DNA of 64,000 nt from Alphaproteobacteria bacterium (GTDB lineage Bacteria; Pseudomonadota; Alphaproteobacteria; MPNO01): positions 1,312,001 through 1,376,000 of the forward strand of contig CBDFLJ010000001.1 in NCBI GenBank assembly GCA_965248835.1. Reading direction: 5' to 3'. Positions within the stretch are counted from its first letter, which is position 1; each line of letters begins with the position of its first letter. The notes beneath the pieces were generated by a model, which did no database searches, was not told the origin of the DNA, and worked only from the letters and a program-made list of their open reading frames with translations. Both the position numbers and the translations under genes were made by a program. This document shows, piece after piece, positions 18,360 to 27,709 of the stretch.

Positions 18360-19259
18360 ATGGTCGAGGCCACGGAGTCGCTTGGGCAGGTGCGTGAGCA
18401 CATCGACATGCTCGACGACCGGATCCACGATCTGATCATGGAGCGCACCTCGCTGGTCCAATCGGTGATCCGGGCGAAGGCGGACGACCGCGCGCCGGCC
18501 TACCGGCCGGGGCGCGAGGCCCGCATCCTCCGCCGGCTGGTCGGACGCCACCAGGGCCGGTTTCCGCTGCTTTCGCTGATCCATCTGTGGCGCGAGATCA
18601 TCGCCGCCTCGCTCGGGCTCCAGGGCGGATTCGCGGTGGCGGTGCACGCCGGCGAAGGCACCGGCGACTACCGCGGCCTCGCGCGCGACCATTTCGGCGC
18701 AGCGACGCCGATCACGCTGCACCGGACCCATGCCGGGGTGGTCAACGCGGTCACCGGGGGCAGCGCCGCCGCCGGCATCCTGCCGTTCCCGAACGAGGGC
18801 CAGGCCGAGCCGTGGTGGCCGCGTCTGCTGCATGCCGGCGGCCCCTCGATCGTCGCCAGGCTTCCCTTCGCACCCCTGCCGGCGCACTCCGCGGAGACCG
18901 ACAATGCTTTGGTCGTCGCGATGAGCAGGCCCGAGCCGTCCGGTGACGACCGCAGCTTCGTTGCGCTGCGGACCGGCTCGGCGAGCAGCCGGACACGGGT
19001 CAACGATGCCTTCAAGACGCTCTCGCTCGAGCCGACCATGATGCTGTCCCTGGACGAGACCGCCGACGATCCGGAGGCGTCGCTGTTCCTGGTCGAGCTC
19101 GACGCCTTCATCGAGCCCGAGGATTCGCGCATCGCCGCCCTGCTTGCCGATCTCGACGGATCGGCGCCTGGGATCCGGGTGCTCGGCGCCTATGCCAGGC
19201 CGTTCACTCGGGCTGAGCCCAACGAGGGGTCGCCCGCCCGCGGTGCGGGGCTTCCGTGA
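18360..19259 (+). CDS. Chorismate mutase with degenerate prephenate-dehydratase-like C-terminal region
   Basis: [31 protein letters not shown]; precedes hisC-tyrA. Confidence 0.8.
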   Translation: MVEATESLGQVREHIDMLDDRIHDLIMERTSLVQSVIRAKADDRAPAYRPGREARILRRLVGRHQGRFPLLSLIHLWREIIAASLGLQGGFAVAVHAGEGTGDYRGLARDHFGAATPITLHRTHAGVVNAVTGGSAAAGILPFPNEGQAEPWWPRLLHAGGPSIVARLPFAPLPAHSAETDNALVVAMSRPEPSGDDRSFVALRTGSASSRTRVNDAFKTLSLEPTMMLSLDETADDPEASLFLVELDAFIEPEDSRIAALLADLDGSAPGIRVLGAYARPFTRAEPNEGSPARGAGLP

Positions 19260-20344
19260 GCGGGCCAGCGCCCCGGCCCGGCATCCTCGACATCGCGCCC
19301 TACGTTCCAGGCGAGTCCAGCATCCCGGGCCGGAGCGAGGTCATCAAGCTGTCCTCGAATGAGGGCGCGCTGGGGCCGAGCCTCGCCGCGCTCGCCGCCT
19401 ACCACGAGGCGGCCGGGGACATCCACCGCTATCCCGACGGCAATGCGACCGCCCTGCGCGCGGCGATCGGGGCGCGTTACGGGCTCGATCCGGACCGGAT
19501 CGTTTGCGGCACGGGCTCGGACGAGCTGCTTTATCTGCTGGCCAGGGCCTATGCCGGGCCGGGCGACAGGATCCTCACCCACGCCCATGCCTTCGTGATG
19601 TACCGGCTGATCGCCCATTCGGTCGGCGCGCAGAGCGTCGAGGCGCCGGAGAGGGCGCTGACCGCAGACGTCGATGCGTTGCTCGCCCATGCCGGGCCCG
19701 GGACGCGCATCGTTTATATCGCCAACCCCAACAACCCGACCGGGACGTTCATCGACGCCGACGGCCTCGCCCGGCTGCGCGCCGGCCTGCCCGCGGACAC
19801 GCTGCTGGTGATCGATTCGGCCTATGCCGAATACGTCACCCGCAACGACTACGCTGCCGGCGAGGCGCTGGTCGATGCCGGCGAAAACGTGGTCATGACC
19901 CGGACCTTCTCCAAGATCTACGCCCTGGGCGGGGTGCGGCTGGGCTGGGCCTATTGTCCGCCGGCGATCGCCGATGTGCTGAACCGGCTGCGTCCGCCGT
20001 TCAATGTCGCCAGCCCGGCCCAGGCTGCCGGCATCGCCGCCGTCGAGGACACCGCCTTCATCGCCAGGTCGCGGGACCACAACGCGGTCTGGCTGCCCTG
20101 GATCACCGAGCGGGTTCATGCCGCGGGCCTGAAGACCACGCCCAGCATCGCCAATTTCATCCTGGTCGAGTTCCCTGAAACGCCCGGCCGCAACGTCGAG
20201 GCGGCGCTGCGCTTCCTCACCGGCCGCGGCATCATCCCGCGCCGGGTGGACGGCAACCGGCTGCCTCACCACCTGAGGATCACCATCGGCACGGAGGTCG
20301 AGATGCGCGCCCTGGCCGATGCGGTCGACGCGTTCGCGGCCTGA
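19256..20344 (+). CDS. hisC: Histidinol-phosphate aminotransferase
   Basis: KLSSNE, RYPD, NPNNPTG, RTFSKIY..RLG. Confidence 0.94.
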   Translation: MSGPAPRPGILDIAPYVPGESSIPGRSEVIKLSSNEGALGPSLAALAAYHEAAGDIHRYPDGNATALRAAIGARYGLDPDRIVCGTGSDELLYLLARAYAGPGDRILTHAHAFVMYRLIAHSVGAQSVEAPERALTADVDALLAHAGPGTRIVYIANPNNPTGTFIDADGLARLRAGLPADTLLVIDSAYAEYVTRNDYAAGEALVDAGENVVMTRTFSKIYALGGVRLGWAYCPPAIADVLNRLRPPFNVASPAQAAGIAAVEDTAFIARSRDHNAVWLPWITERVHAAGLKTTPSIANFILVEFPETPGRNVEAALRFLTGRGIIPRRVDGNRLPHHLRITIGTEVEMRALADAVDAFAA

Positions 20345-20347
20345 GAA

Positions 20348-21259
20348 ATGACCCAGGACGTGCTGTTCCGGCGGATCGCGCTGATCGGAATCGGACTGAT
20401 CGGCTCCTCGCTCGCCCGGGTGGTCAAGCGCGACGGCCTTGCCGGCCATGTCGTGGCGTGCGCCCGCACCGCGGCCACCTTGGAGGCCGCGACCCGGCTG
20501 GGGATCGCCGATTCCACCACCCACGATCCCGCCGAGGCCGCAAGCGGTGCGGACCTGGTGATCCTCTGCACACCGATCGGCAGCTATGGCGCGATCGCCA
20601 AGGCGATGGCGCCGAAGCTCGCGCCCGGGGCGATCGTCTCCGACGTCGGCTCGGTCAAGGGCGCGGCCATCGATGCGGTGCGCCCGCATCTGCCGGCAGG
20701 CGTCCACCTGGTGCCCGGCCACCCGATCGCCGGCACCGAGAACTCGGGGCCCGATGCGGGCTTCGACACTCTGTTCGAAGGCCGCTGGTTCTTGATCACA
20801 CCGCCCGAGGGCACCGACCCGGACGCGGTCGAGCGCGTGGCCGCGCTGTGGCGCCGCGCGGGCAGCCAGATCGCGGTGATGGATGCCGGCCACCACGACC
20901 ACGTGCTGGCGATCACCTCGCACATCCCGCACCTGATCGCCTATACCATCGTCGGCACCGCGACCGATCTCGAAGACCACCTGAAGGCCGAGGTGATCAA
21001 GTTCTCCGCCGCCGGATTTAGGGACTTCACGCGGATCGCGGCCTCCGACCCGGTGATGTGGCGCGATGTCTTCCTCAACAACCGGGAGGCGGTGCTGGAG
21101 ATGCTGGGCCGGTTCACCGAGGACCTCTCGGCCCTGCAACGCGCGGTCCGCATCGGCGACGGCGCGACGCTGGAAGCGCTGTTCACCAGGACGCGCGAGA
21201 TCCGCCGCGGCGTCGTGGCAGCCCAGCAGCACATCCCGCCTGCGCCGGAGGAGAAATAG
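20348..21259 (+). CDS. tyrA: Prephenate/cyclohexadienyl dehydrogenase
   Basis: GIGLIGSS, DVGSVK, HPIAGTE, FRDFTRIA. Confidence 0.93.
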   Translation: MTQDVLFRRIALIGIGLIGSSLARVVKRDGLAGHVVACARTAATLEAATRLGIADSTTHDPAEAASGADLVILCTPIGSYGAIAKAMAPKLAPGAIVSDVGSVKGAAIDAVRPHLPAGVHLVPGHPIAGTENSGPDAGFDTLFEGRWFLITPPEGTDPDAVERVAALWRRAGSQIAVMDAGHHDHVLAITSHIPHLIAYTIVGTATDLEDHLKAEVIKFSAAGFRDFTRIAASDPVMWRDVFLNNREAVLEMLGRFTEDLSALQRAVRIGDGATLEALFTRTREIRRGVVAAQQHIPPAPEEK

Positions 21260-21298
21260 CCCGGCGCCTTCCGACAAGCTTCAGATGAGGGCATACCG

Positions 21299-22192
21299 AT
21301 GAGCGCCGGCGGGCGGACGCCGTTATGGGTTGCTGCGACTCCGGGGGTGTTCGTGCTGCTCTGGGCGTCGGGCTTCCCGATCACCCGGCTGGGGCTCGCC
21401 TACGCCGAGCCGTTCACGCTGCTGGCCTTGCGCTCGGTGCTCAACGTCCTGCTGGTGCTGGCGATCCTGCCGTTCGTGTCCGTCCGCTGGCCGGCGACCT
21501 GGCGCGAGGCGGGCCACATCGCTGTCTCCGGGTTCCTGCTGCAATCGGCCTATCTCGGCTGCATCTTCGTCAGCCTGGGCGAAGGGGTCTCGCAGGGTGC
21601 GGTCGCGCTGATCGCCGGCATGCAGCCGATCCTGACGGCGATCCTGGTCGGTCACTTGCTGGGCGAGCGGATCGTAAGGCTGCAATGGATCGGCTTCCTG
21701 CTCGGCTTCGGCGGGCTCGCCTGCGTGATGATCGAGCGAATCCAGTTCGGCACCGGAACGACGCTCGGCTACTGCGCGGCCGCCGCCACGCCGGTGCTGA
21801 TCACCGCGGCCTCGCTCTACCAGAAACGGTTCTGCTCCGGCATGGACCTGCGCAGCGGGATGATCATCCAGCACTCCACGGTGTTTGTGACCAACGGCCT
21901 CCTCGCGCTCCTGCTCGAGACCCGCACGGTCATCGTCTCGGTCGAGCTCGCGTTTGTGCTGCTGTGGCTGGTGCTCTTCCTGTCGGTCTCGGCCAACAAC
22001 CTCTACTACGTCATGTTGCGGCGCGGCGCGGCAGGCCGGGTCTCGAGCTTGTTCTACCTCACGCCGCCGGCCGCGGTCGTGTTGGGCTACCTCACCTTTG
22101 GCGAGACCTTCGGGGCGACGGCGCTGGCCGGATTCGCCGTGGCTGCGCTCGGGGTCGCGCTGGTAACCCGATCGGGCGGCGGCACCCCATGA
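21299..22192 (+). CDS. DMT/EamA transporter
   Basis: ~10 TM, EPFTLL, YQKRFC, SSLFYLTPP. Confidence 0.88.
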   Translation: MSAGGRTPLWVAATPGVFVLLWASGFPITRLGLAYAEPFTLLALRSVLNVLLVLAILPFVSVRWPATWREAGHIAVSGFLLQSAYLGCIFVSLGEGVSQGAVALIAGMQPILTAILVGHLLGERIVRLQWIGFLLGFGGLACVMIERIQFGTGTTLGYCAAAATPVLITAASLYQKRFCSGMDLRSGMIIQHSTVFVTNGLLALLLETRTVIVSVELAFVLLWLVLFLSVSANNLYYVMLRRGAAGRVSSLFYLTPPAAVVLGYLTFGETFGATALAGFAVAALGVALVTRSGGGTP

Positions 22193-23055
22193 CCGGCCAT
22201 CGCCTGTTTCTGGCCGCATCCCCGCTGATCTTCGCGCTGACCTGGAGCACCGGGAACATTTTCGCCAAGCTCGGCATCCCCTATGTCGAGCCGCTGACGT
22301 TCCTCGTGCTGCGTTTCTCCTTCGCTACCCTGATCCTCGCTTCCATCGCCTGGATCGCGCGTGCGCCGTGGCCCCGGACGTTCGGCGAGGCGGGCCATAT
22401 CGTCGTGGCCGGCTTTCTGTTTCATGCCGGCTACCTGTGGTCGGTGTTCGTCGCCGTCGACGAGGGCGTGGCGACCGGCACGCTGGCGCTGATGGCCGGG
22501 CTGCAGCCGCTGCTGACCGCGCTGGTCGTCGGTCGGGCGCTGGGCGAGCGGGTCGGGTACCGTCAATGGCTTGGACTGTTGCTGGGCTTCGTCGGGGTCG
22601 CCATGGTGGTCTGGCGCAAGGTCGCGATCGCCGAGGGCACCGATTTCGGCATGGTGCTCGGCATGACCGGGATGGTCTCGCTGACCGCCGGCGCGATCTA
22701 CCAGAAGCGGTTCTGCGCGGACATGGACCTCCGCAGCGGCACGGCGCTGCAGCAGGCGATGAACGCGCTGGCGACGCTGGGCCTGGTCCTGCTGCTCGAG
22801 ACCAGGACGATCGAATGGACGGGTGAGCTCGTGCTCTCGATCGGCTGGCTGGTGATCGTGCTCACCGTCGGCGCCTATAATCTGCTCTTCTACCTGCTGC
22901 GGCTCGGCCAGGCCTCGCGCGTGGCGAGCCTGTTCTACCTCACCCCTCCGGTGACCGCGGTGATGGGCTATTTCATGTTCGGCGAGACCATGGGCGGGCT
23001 GGCGCTGGTCGGCATGGCGCTGGCGGTGCTGGGCTTCGCGCTGGCCTCGCGATGA
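22189..23055 (+). CDS. DMT/EamA transporter (paralog of upstream gene)
   Basis: ATG 22189 overlaps upstream stop; EPLTFL, YQKRFC, ASLFYLTPP. Confidence 0.88.
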   Translation: MTGHRLFLAASPLIFALTWSTGNIFAKLGIPYVEPLTFLVLRFSFATLILASIAWIARAPWPRTFGEAGHIVVAGFLFHAGYLWSVFVAVDEGVATGTLALMAGLQPLLTALVVGRALGERVGYRQWLGLLLGFVGVAMVVWRKVAIAEGTDFGMVLGMTGMVSLTAGAIYQKRFCADMDLRSGTALQQAMNALATLGLVLLLETRTIEWTGELVLSIGWLVIVLTVGAYNLLFYLLRLGQASRVASLFYLTPPVTAVMGYFMFGETMGGLALVGMALAVLGFALASR

Positions 23056-23585
23056 AGATCCGCTTCGAAGGAAGCGGCGAGGTCTGGGTGTTCGCCTACG
23101 GCTCCCTGATGTGGGACCCGGGCTTCGCCTTCGCCGAGGCGGCAAAGGCGCGGCTGTGGGGCTATCACCGCGCGTTCTGCGTGGACTCGCTGGTCTACCG
23201 CGGCACGCCCGAGGCACCGGGCCTGGTGCTGGGGCTCGACCGCGGCGGCTCGTGCACCGGCATCGCCTATCGGATCGCCGCTACCGACCGCTACGCGGCC
23301 GCGTCCTACCTCGCCCGGCGCGAGCTCGCCGAGGATATCTATTTCTGCCGCCGGGCCGCGCTCGGGATCGGTGCCGGCCGCGTGCGCGGCTATGCCTTCG
23401 TGGTCGACCGCAGCAATCCGTTCTATGCAAGCCCGCTCAGTATCGAGGACCAGGCCGCACGGATCGCGGTCTGCCGCGGCGCGCGCGGCACCAACCTCGA
23501 CTACCTTCTGGAAACCGCCGCCCACCTCGCCGATCTCGGGATCGCCGACCGCGCCGTCGATGCGCTGCTCGCCCGTCTCCGCTAG
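23052..23585 (+). CDS. chaC: Gamma-glutamylcyclotransferase, ChaC family
   Basis: WVFAYGSLMW, RGTPEAPGLVLGL. Confidence 0.88.
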   Translation: MKIRFEGSGEVWVFAYGSLMWDPGFAFAEAAKARLWGYHRAFCVDSLVYRGTPEAPGLVLGLDRGGSCTGIAYRIAATDRYAAASYLARRELAEDIYFCRRAALGIGAGRVRGYAFVVDRSNPFYASPLSIEDQAARIAVCRGARGTNLDYLLETAAHLADLGIADRAVDALLARLR

Positions 23586-23594
23586 GATGGGGCG

Positions 23595-25328
23595 ATGACG
23601 GGGAGGCCGGATATGTCCGAACAAGGGCGCGGGCATTACGACTACATCATCATCGGCGGCGGCTCGGCCGGTTGCGTGCTGGCGAGCCGGTTGAGCGAGG
23701 CCTCGGCCGTCCGGGTGCTGCTGATCGAGGCCGGCGAGGACTTTCCGCCCGGCACCGAACCGGCCGGACTGCGCGATACCTTCGCCGGCGCCGCCCACGG
23801 CAATGACCGCTTCGTCTGGTCGGGCCTTGCCGCGACCTTCGAGCCAAAGCCGGGCAACGCTCCCGACGAGCGCCCGCGTCGGCGCTACATCCAGGGCCGG
23901 GTCATGGGCGGCGGCTCATCGGTCAACGGCATGGTCTCCAACCGCGGGCTGCCGAGCGACTACGCCGACTGGGTCGCGCGCGGCGCCGAAGGCTGGGCGT
24001 GGCAGGACGTGCTGCCCTACTTCAAGAAGCTGGAAACCGATATCGACCGCGACGGGACGCTCCACGGCGCGGACGGGCCGGTGCGGATCAGCCGCATCCC
24101 CGAGGCCCAATGGCCCGGCTTTTCCGCCGCCTTCATCGATGCCGCCGAGGCCGAGGGATTCCGCAACCTCGAAGACCAGAACGCCGCCTTCGAGGACGGT
24201 TATTTCCCGATTGCCGCCTGCACCGACGACGACCGGCGGATCTCGACCGCAACCGCCTATCTGACCCCCGAAGTCCGCGCCCGGCCAAATCTCACCATCC
24301 AGCCGCTGACGCTGGTCGAACGTCTGCTGTTCGACGGCCGCGCGGTGACCGGCGTCAAAGTGCATACCGAGGCCGGCGTCGAGGAAATCCGCGCCGGTGA
24401 GGTGGTGGTGTGTGCCGGCGCGCTCCACTCGCCGCCCCTGCTGCTGCGCTCGGGGGTGGGCCCGGCGGCCGAGCTGGCCGCGCTCGGCATCCCGGTCGTC
24501 CATGACCTGCCCGGCGTCGGCAAGCACCTGATGGAGCATCCCGGCGTCAATTTCGGGGCCACCATGAAACCCGGTGCGCGGCTGCGGGCCGGGCTGCGCC
24601 GACCGTTCTACGCCGGGCTGCGCTATTCGTCCGGGCTGGCGGGCTGTCCGGACGGCGATATGTATCTGATCCCGACGAACAAGTCGGCCTGGCATGCGGT
24701 CGGCGACCGGCTCGCGCTGATCATGCTGTGGGTCAACAAGTCCTATTCAACCGGCGAGGTCCGTCTGTCTTCGGCCGATTGGCGCGCCGAACCGGTGGTC
24801 GATTTCAACATGTGCTCGGACGAGCGCGACCTGGTCCGTCTGGTTGCGGGCACCCGGCTGATGGCCAGGCTCGCCGCCCATCCGGCCATCGCCGGGGCGG
24901 CCCATGAGGTGTTCCCGGTCAGCTATGGCGAGCGTGCGCGCCGGGTCGCGGTGTTCAGCCGCTCCAACCAGCTTCAGACCTGGATCGGCGCCCGGCTGAT
25001 GGATGCCGCGGGACCGATCCGGCGCTGGCTGTGCCGCACGCTGATCGCCGACGGCCCGACGGTCGCGGATCTGCTGGCCGACGAGCCCACACTGGTTGGC
25101 TGGGTGAAGCAGGCCGTCCTCGGCCACTGGCACGCCTCGTGCACCTGCCGCATGGGCGCGGCCGAAGATCCCGGCGCGGTGACCGATCCGGCCGGTCGGG
25201 TCCACGGGGTCGCCGGGCTCCGTGTGTGCGATGCCTCGATCATGCCGGCGGTGCCGTGCGCCAACACCAATATCCCGACGATTATGATCGGCGAGAAGAT
25301 CGCCGCTTCCATCCTGGCCGAAGCCTGA
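23595..25328 (+). CDS. GMC family oxidoreductase
   Basis: GGGSAG, GGGSSVNG, WHASCTCRMG, NTNIP; start may be 23613. Confidence 0.92.
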   Translation: MTGRPDMSEQGRGHYDYIIIGGGSAGCVLASRLSEASAVRVLLIEAGEDFPPGTEPAGLRDTFAGAAHGNDRFVWSGLAATFEPKPGNAPDERPRRRYIQGRVMGGGSSVNGMVSNRGLPSDYADWVARGAEGWAWQDVLPYFKKLETDIDRDGTLHGADGPVRISRIPEAQWPGFSAAFIDAAEAEGFRNLEDQNAAFEDGYFPIAACTDDDRRISTATAYLTPEVRARPNLTIQPLTLVERLLFDGRAVTGVKVHTEAGVEEIRAGEVVVCAGALHSPPLLLRSGVGPAAELAALGIPVVHDLPGVGKHLMEHPGVNFGATMKPGARLRAGLRRPFYAGLRYSSGLAGCPDGDMYLIPTNKSAWHAVGDRLALIMLWVNKSYSTGEVRLSSADWRAEPVVDFNMCSDERDLVRLVAGTRLMARLAAHPAIAGAAHEVFPVSYGERARRVAVFSRSNQLQTWIGARLMDAAGPIRRWLCRTLIADGPTVADLLADEPTLVGWVKQAVLGHWHASCTCRMGAAEDPGAVTDPAGRVHGVAGLRVCDASIMPAVPCANTNIPTIMIGEKIAASILAEA

Positions 25329-25347
25329 GCGCAGACGGAGAAAGCCG

Positions 25348-26193
25348 ATGAAGCTGATCAGCTACCGCCACCAGGGACGGGAAAGCTTCGGCGTCGTCAG
25401 GGACGGCGGGATCGTCGACATGACGGCGCGGCTGGACGGCGACTTCGCCGCGCTCAAGGACGCGATCGCCGGTCTCGGCCTGTCGCGGATCGAGGCGGCG
25501 GCAAAGGCCGCACCCGATATCGGCCTCGACGACGTCGAATGCATGTTCCCGATCACGACCCCGGAAAAGATCTTCTGCATCGGGCGCAACTACCGCGCCT
25601 ATCACGAGGTGCTGGAGGACGGCGGCCCGGAATGGCCGAGTGTTTTCGCCCGCTTCGCCTCCAGCTTCGCGGCCCACGGCGAGCCGATCCTCAAGCCCGC
25701 GGCTTCCGAGGAGCTCGACTTCGAGGGCGAGCTCGGCGCGATCATCGGCAAGCCCGGCCGCCATATCCCGAAAGAAGCCGCCTTCGACTACATCGCCGGC
25801 TATACCATCATCAACGAGGGCTCGGTCCGCGAATGGCAGCTTCGCGGTACCCAGAACTGCCCCGGCAAGAACTTCTATCGTTCCGGTGCGATCGGGCCGT
25901 GGATGGTCACCGCCGACGAGATCGCCGATACCACGGCACTCAGGATCATCACCCGGGTCGACGGCGAGGTCCGCCAGGACGGCGGCACCGACATGATGAT
26001 CTTCGACATCCCCTATCTGATCGCCCATATCTCCACCTTCACCTGGCTCGAACCCGGCGACATGATCGCGACCGGCAGCCCCGGCGGCTCGGCCATCGAG
26101 GATGACGAGCCGCGCTGGCTCCGCGCGGGCCAGGAGATCGCAGTCGAGATCGCGCCCATCGGCACGCTGAGGAACCCGATCCGCGACGAATAG
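25348..26193 (+). CDS. Fumarylacetoacetate hydrolase family protein
   Basis: CIGRNY, LDFEGEL, GKNF, GDMIATGSP. Confidence 0.92.
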   Translation: MKLISYRHQGRESFGVVRDGGIVDMTARLDGDFAALKDAIAGLGLSRIEAAAKAAPDIGLDDVECMFPITTPEKIFCIGRNYRAYHEVLEDGGPEWPSVFARFASSFAAHGEPILKPAASEELDFEGELGAIIGKPGRHIPKEAAFDYIAGYTIINEGSVREWQLRGTQNCPGKNFYRSGAIGPWMVTADEIADTTALRIITRVDGEVRQDGGTDMMIFDIPYLIAHISTFTWLEPGDMIATGSPGGSAIEDDEPRWLRAGQEIAVEIAPIGTLRNPIRDE

Positions 26194-26203
26194 AGGCGGC
26201 ACG

Positions 26204-27226
26204 ATGTTCCTCAAGGATTGCTGGTATGTCGCGGCGTGGGACCACGAGGTCGCCGAGACGCCGCTCGCCCGGACGATCCTGGGCGAACCTGTGGTGCTGT
26301 ATCGCGCGCCCGACGGGACCGCGCTCGCGCTCGAAGACCGGTGCTGCCACCGCGCCCTGCCGCTTTCCCTGGGCACGCAAGTCGGCGATGGGCTGCAATG
26401 CGCCTATCACGGGCTTACCTTCGATCGTACCGGGGCGTGCGTCGCGGTGCCGGGACAGACGCGGGTCCCGCCCGGTGCCGGAGTCCGCGCCTATCCGCTG
26501 GTCGAGCGCTGGCGCTGGCTGTGGATCTGGATGGGCGATCTCGGCCGCGCCGATCCCGCCTTGATTCCGAACTGGTGGTGGCTCGATCATCCGGACTGGG
26601 AACTGGTCAAGGGCAAGCACCTCCACATCGCCTGCCATTACGAGCTGATCACCGACAACCTGCTCGACCTGTCGCATCTGGCCTATGTGCATCTGGCGAC
26701 CATCGGCACCGGCTCGATCACCGCGTTCCCCATCACCACCGAGCGCGAGGACGATCTGGTGCGCATGACGCGCTGGATCCTCGACCGGCCGCCGCCGCCG
26801 CTGTTCAAGACCGTCGGCGGCTTCGAGGGCACCGTCGACCGCTGGCAGATCGTCGAGACCCGCGCGCCATGCCATACGCTCATCTATGCCGGCGCCATCG
26901 CCGCCGGGACCATCGATCCCGTTCGGGGCGAGCCGGCCGGCGGCATCCACATCCGCAACGTCAACGCACCGACGCCGGAGACCGAGACCTCGACCTTCTA
27001 TTTCTACGGCCACGCGCGCGACTTCGCGGTGGGCGAGGAGGCGGTCTCGGCGACCATGTTCGAGCAGTTCGCCAGGACGTTCGACGAGGATGTCGAGATC
27101 CTCGAGGCACAGCAGGCCTCGCTTGTGCGCGACCCCGAAAGACCGCTCATCGACATCAACGTCGATGCACCGGGGCTGGCCGCACGCCGCATGCTGCGGG
27201 CGCGCCTCGAAGCCGAGCGCGGCTAA
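26204..27226 (+). CDS. Rieske oxygenase alpha subunit (VanA/O-demethylase-like)
   Basis: CCH..CAYHG Rieske motif; DNLLDLSH..VH mononuclear Fe motif; EDVEILEAQQ. Confidence 0.9.
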   Translation: MFLKDCWYVAAWDHEVAETPLARTILGEPVVLYRAPDGTALALEDRCCHRALPLSLGTQVGDGLQCAYHGLTFDRTGACVAVPGQTRVPPGAGVRAYPLVERWRWLWIWMGDLGRADPALIPNWWWLDHPDWELVKGKHLHIACHYELITDNLLDLSHLAYVHLATIGTGSITAFPITTEREDDLVRMTRWILDRPPPPLFKTVGGFEGTVDRWQIVETRAPCHTLIYAGAIAAGTIDPVRGEPAGGIHIRNVNAPTPETETSTFYFYGHARDFAVGEEAVSATMFEQFARTFDEDVEILEAQQASLVRDPERPLIDINVDAPGLAARRMLRARLEAERG

Positions 27227-27283
27227 AGCCTGTTCCGAACAAGCGCGAAGAGCCAATGATTTTCACTATGGAAGATTAAACGT

Positions 27284-27313
27284 CTTGACATGGCTCGGCG
27301 GCCTGTGCACGAT
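27284..27313 (+). promoter_or_regulatory. Sigma70-like promoter
   Basis: CTTGACA-N17-CACGAT; predicted start ~27319-27320. Confidence 0.6.
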
Positions 27314-27318
27314 AGGTT

Positions 27319-27602
27319 GACCGGGCCGTTGCGACCCGCGCGGCGGTCCGGGAGCGAAATCGGCTGGGAGGGTGCGACGCACATGGATCCGCCTGACGAG
27401 TTGCGCAGGCCCCGCGGCCCAGCGGGGCCACGGCCCGGCTGAGAGCTCGGTCCCGAGCCGGAAGGGCCGGTAAGCGACATAGATCGTCTCTCCACGGGTG
27501 AGCGGTGCGTGGGCCTGTACCGTGTCCGTGATGAAACGTCCGTCGAGCACGTCGGACGACGGCCCAAGAGGCCAATCAAAAGTGATCGACGAGCGGTCGG
27601 TC
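27319..27602 (+). ncRNA. Putative large structured ncRNA of unknown family (~285 nt)
   Basis: 5'/3' ends pair, at least 6 hairpins, complementary loops GGCCCA/TGGGCC, own promoter and terminator, no credible ORF. Confidence 0.65.
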
Positions 27603-27606
27603 CCGC

Positions 27607-27636
27607 ACCCCGCCGGCATCAAGCCGGCGGGGTTTC
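27607..27636 (+). terminator. Intrinsic terminator-like hairpin
   Basis: ACCCCGCCGGC-ATCAA-GCCGGCGGGGT followed by a short T run. Confidence 0.65.
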
Positions 27637-27709
27637 GCGTCCCGGCGAATCGCCGCGCGGCGTCACTGCCGATCTGCGCTTCGCTTCGCCCCGCGTGACG
27701 GGGCGGCGG

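Noticed and set aside
19190-21277. Long antisense and alternative-frame ORFs (e.g. 695 aa here, 8088-9890, 6500-8221, 34815-36107)
   Set aside because: Shadows of real genes caused by high GC3; Arg/Pro/Ala-rich with no motifs
21325-22188. 576-aa ORF suggesting an extended DMT fusion
   Set aside because: The N-terminal half is an off-frame overlap of the upstream DMT; the real start is ATG 22189
27353-27402. Hammerhead-like core words (GC-GAAA, ATC, CTGACGA-GT), plus GAAAC at 27533
   Set aside because: Only 3 nt lie between the putative cleavage site and CUGA, so stem I cannot form. The downstream GAAAC stem is followed by AC rather than UH.
27319-27602. RNase P, SRP, tmRNA or group II intron identity for the ncRNA (GGGTGA..GGTGCG hairpin, CCGGAAGG, GTGCGAC)
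   Set aside because: No GAGGAAAGUCC / ACAGAA.CCGGC P4 strands, no SRP CAGG..AGCAG loop, no tRNA-like ends, no domain V
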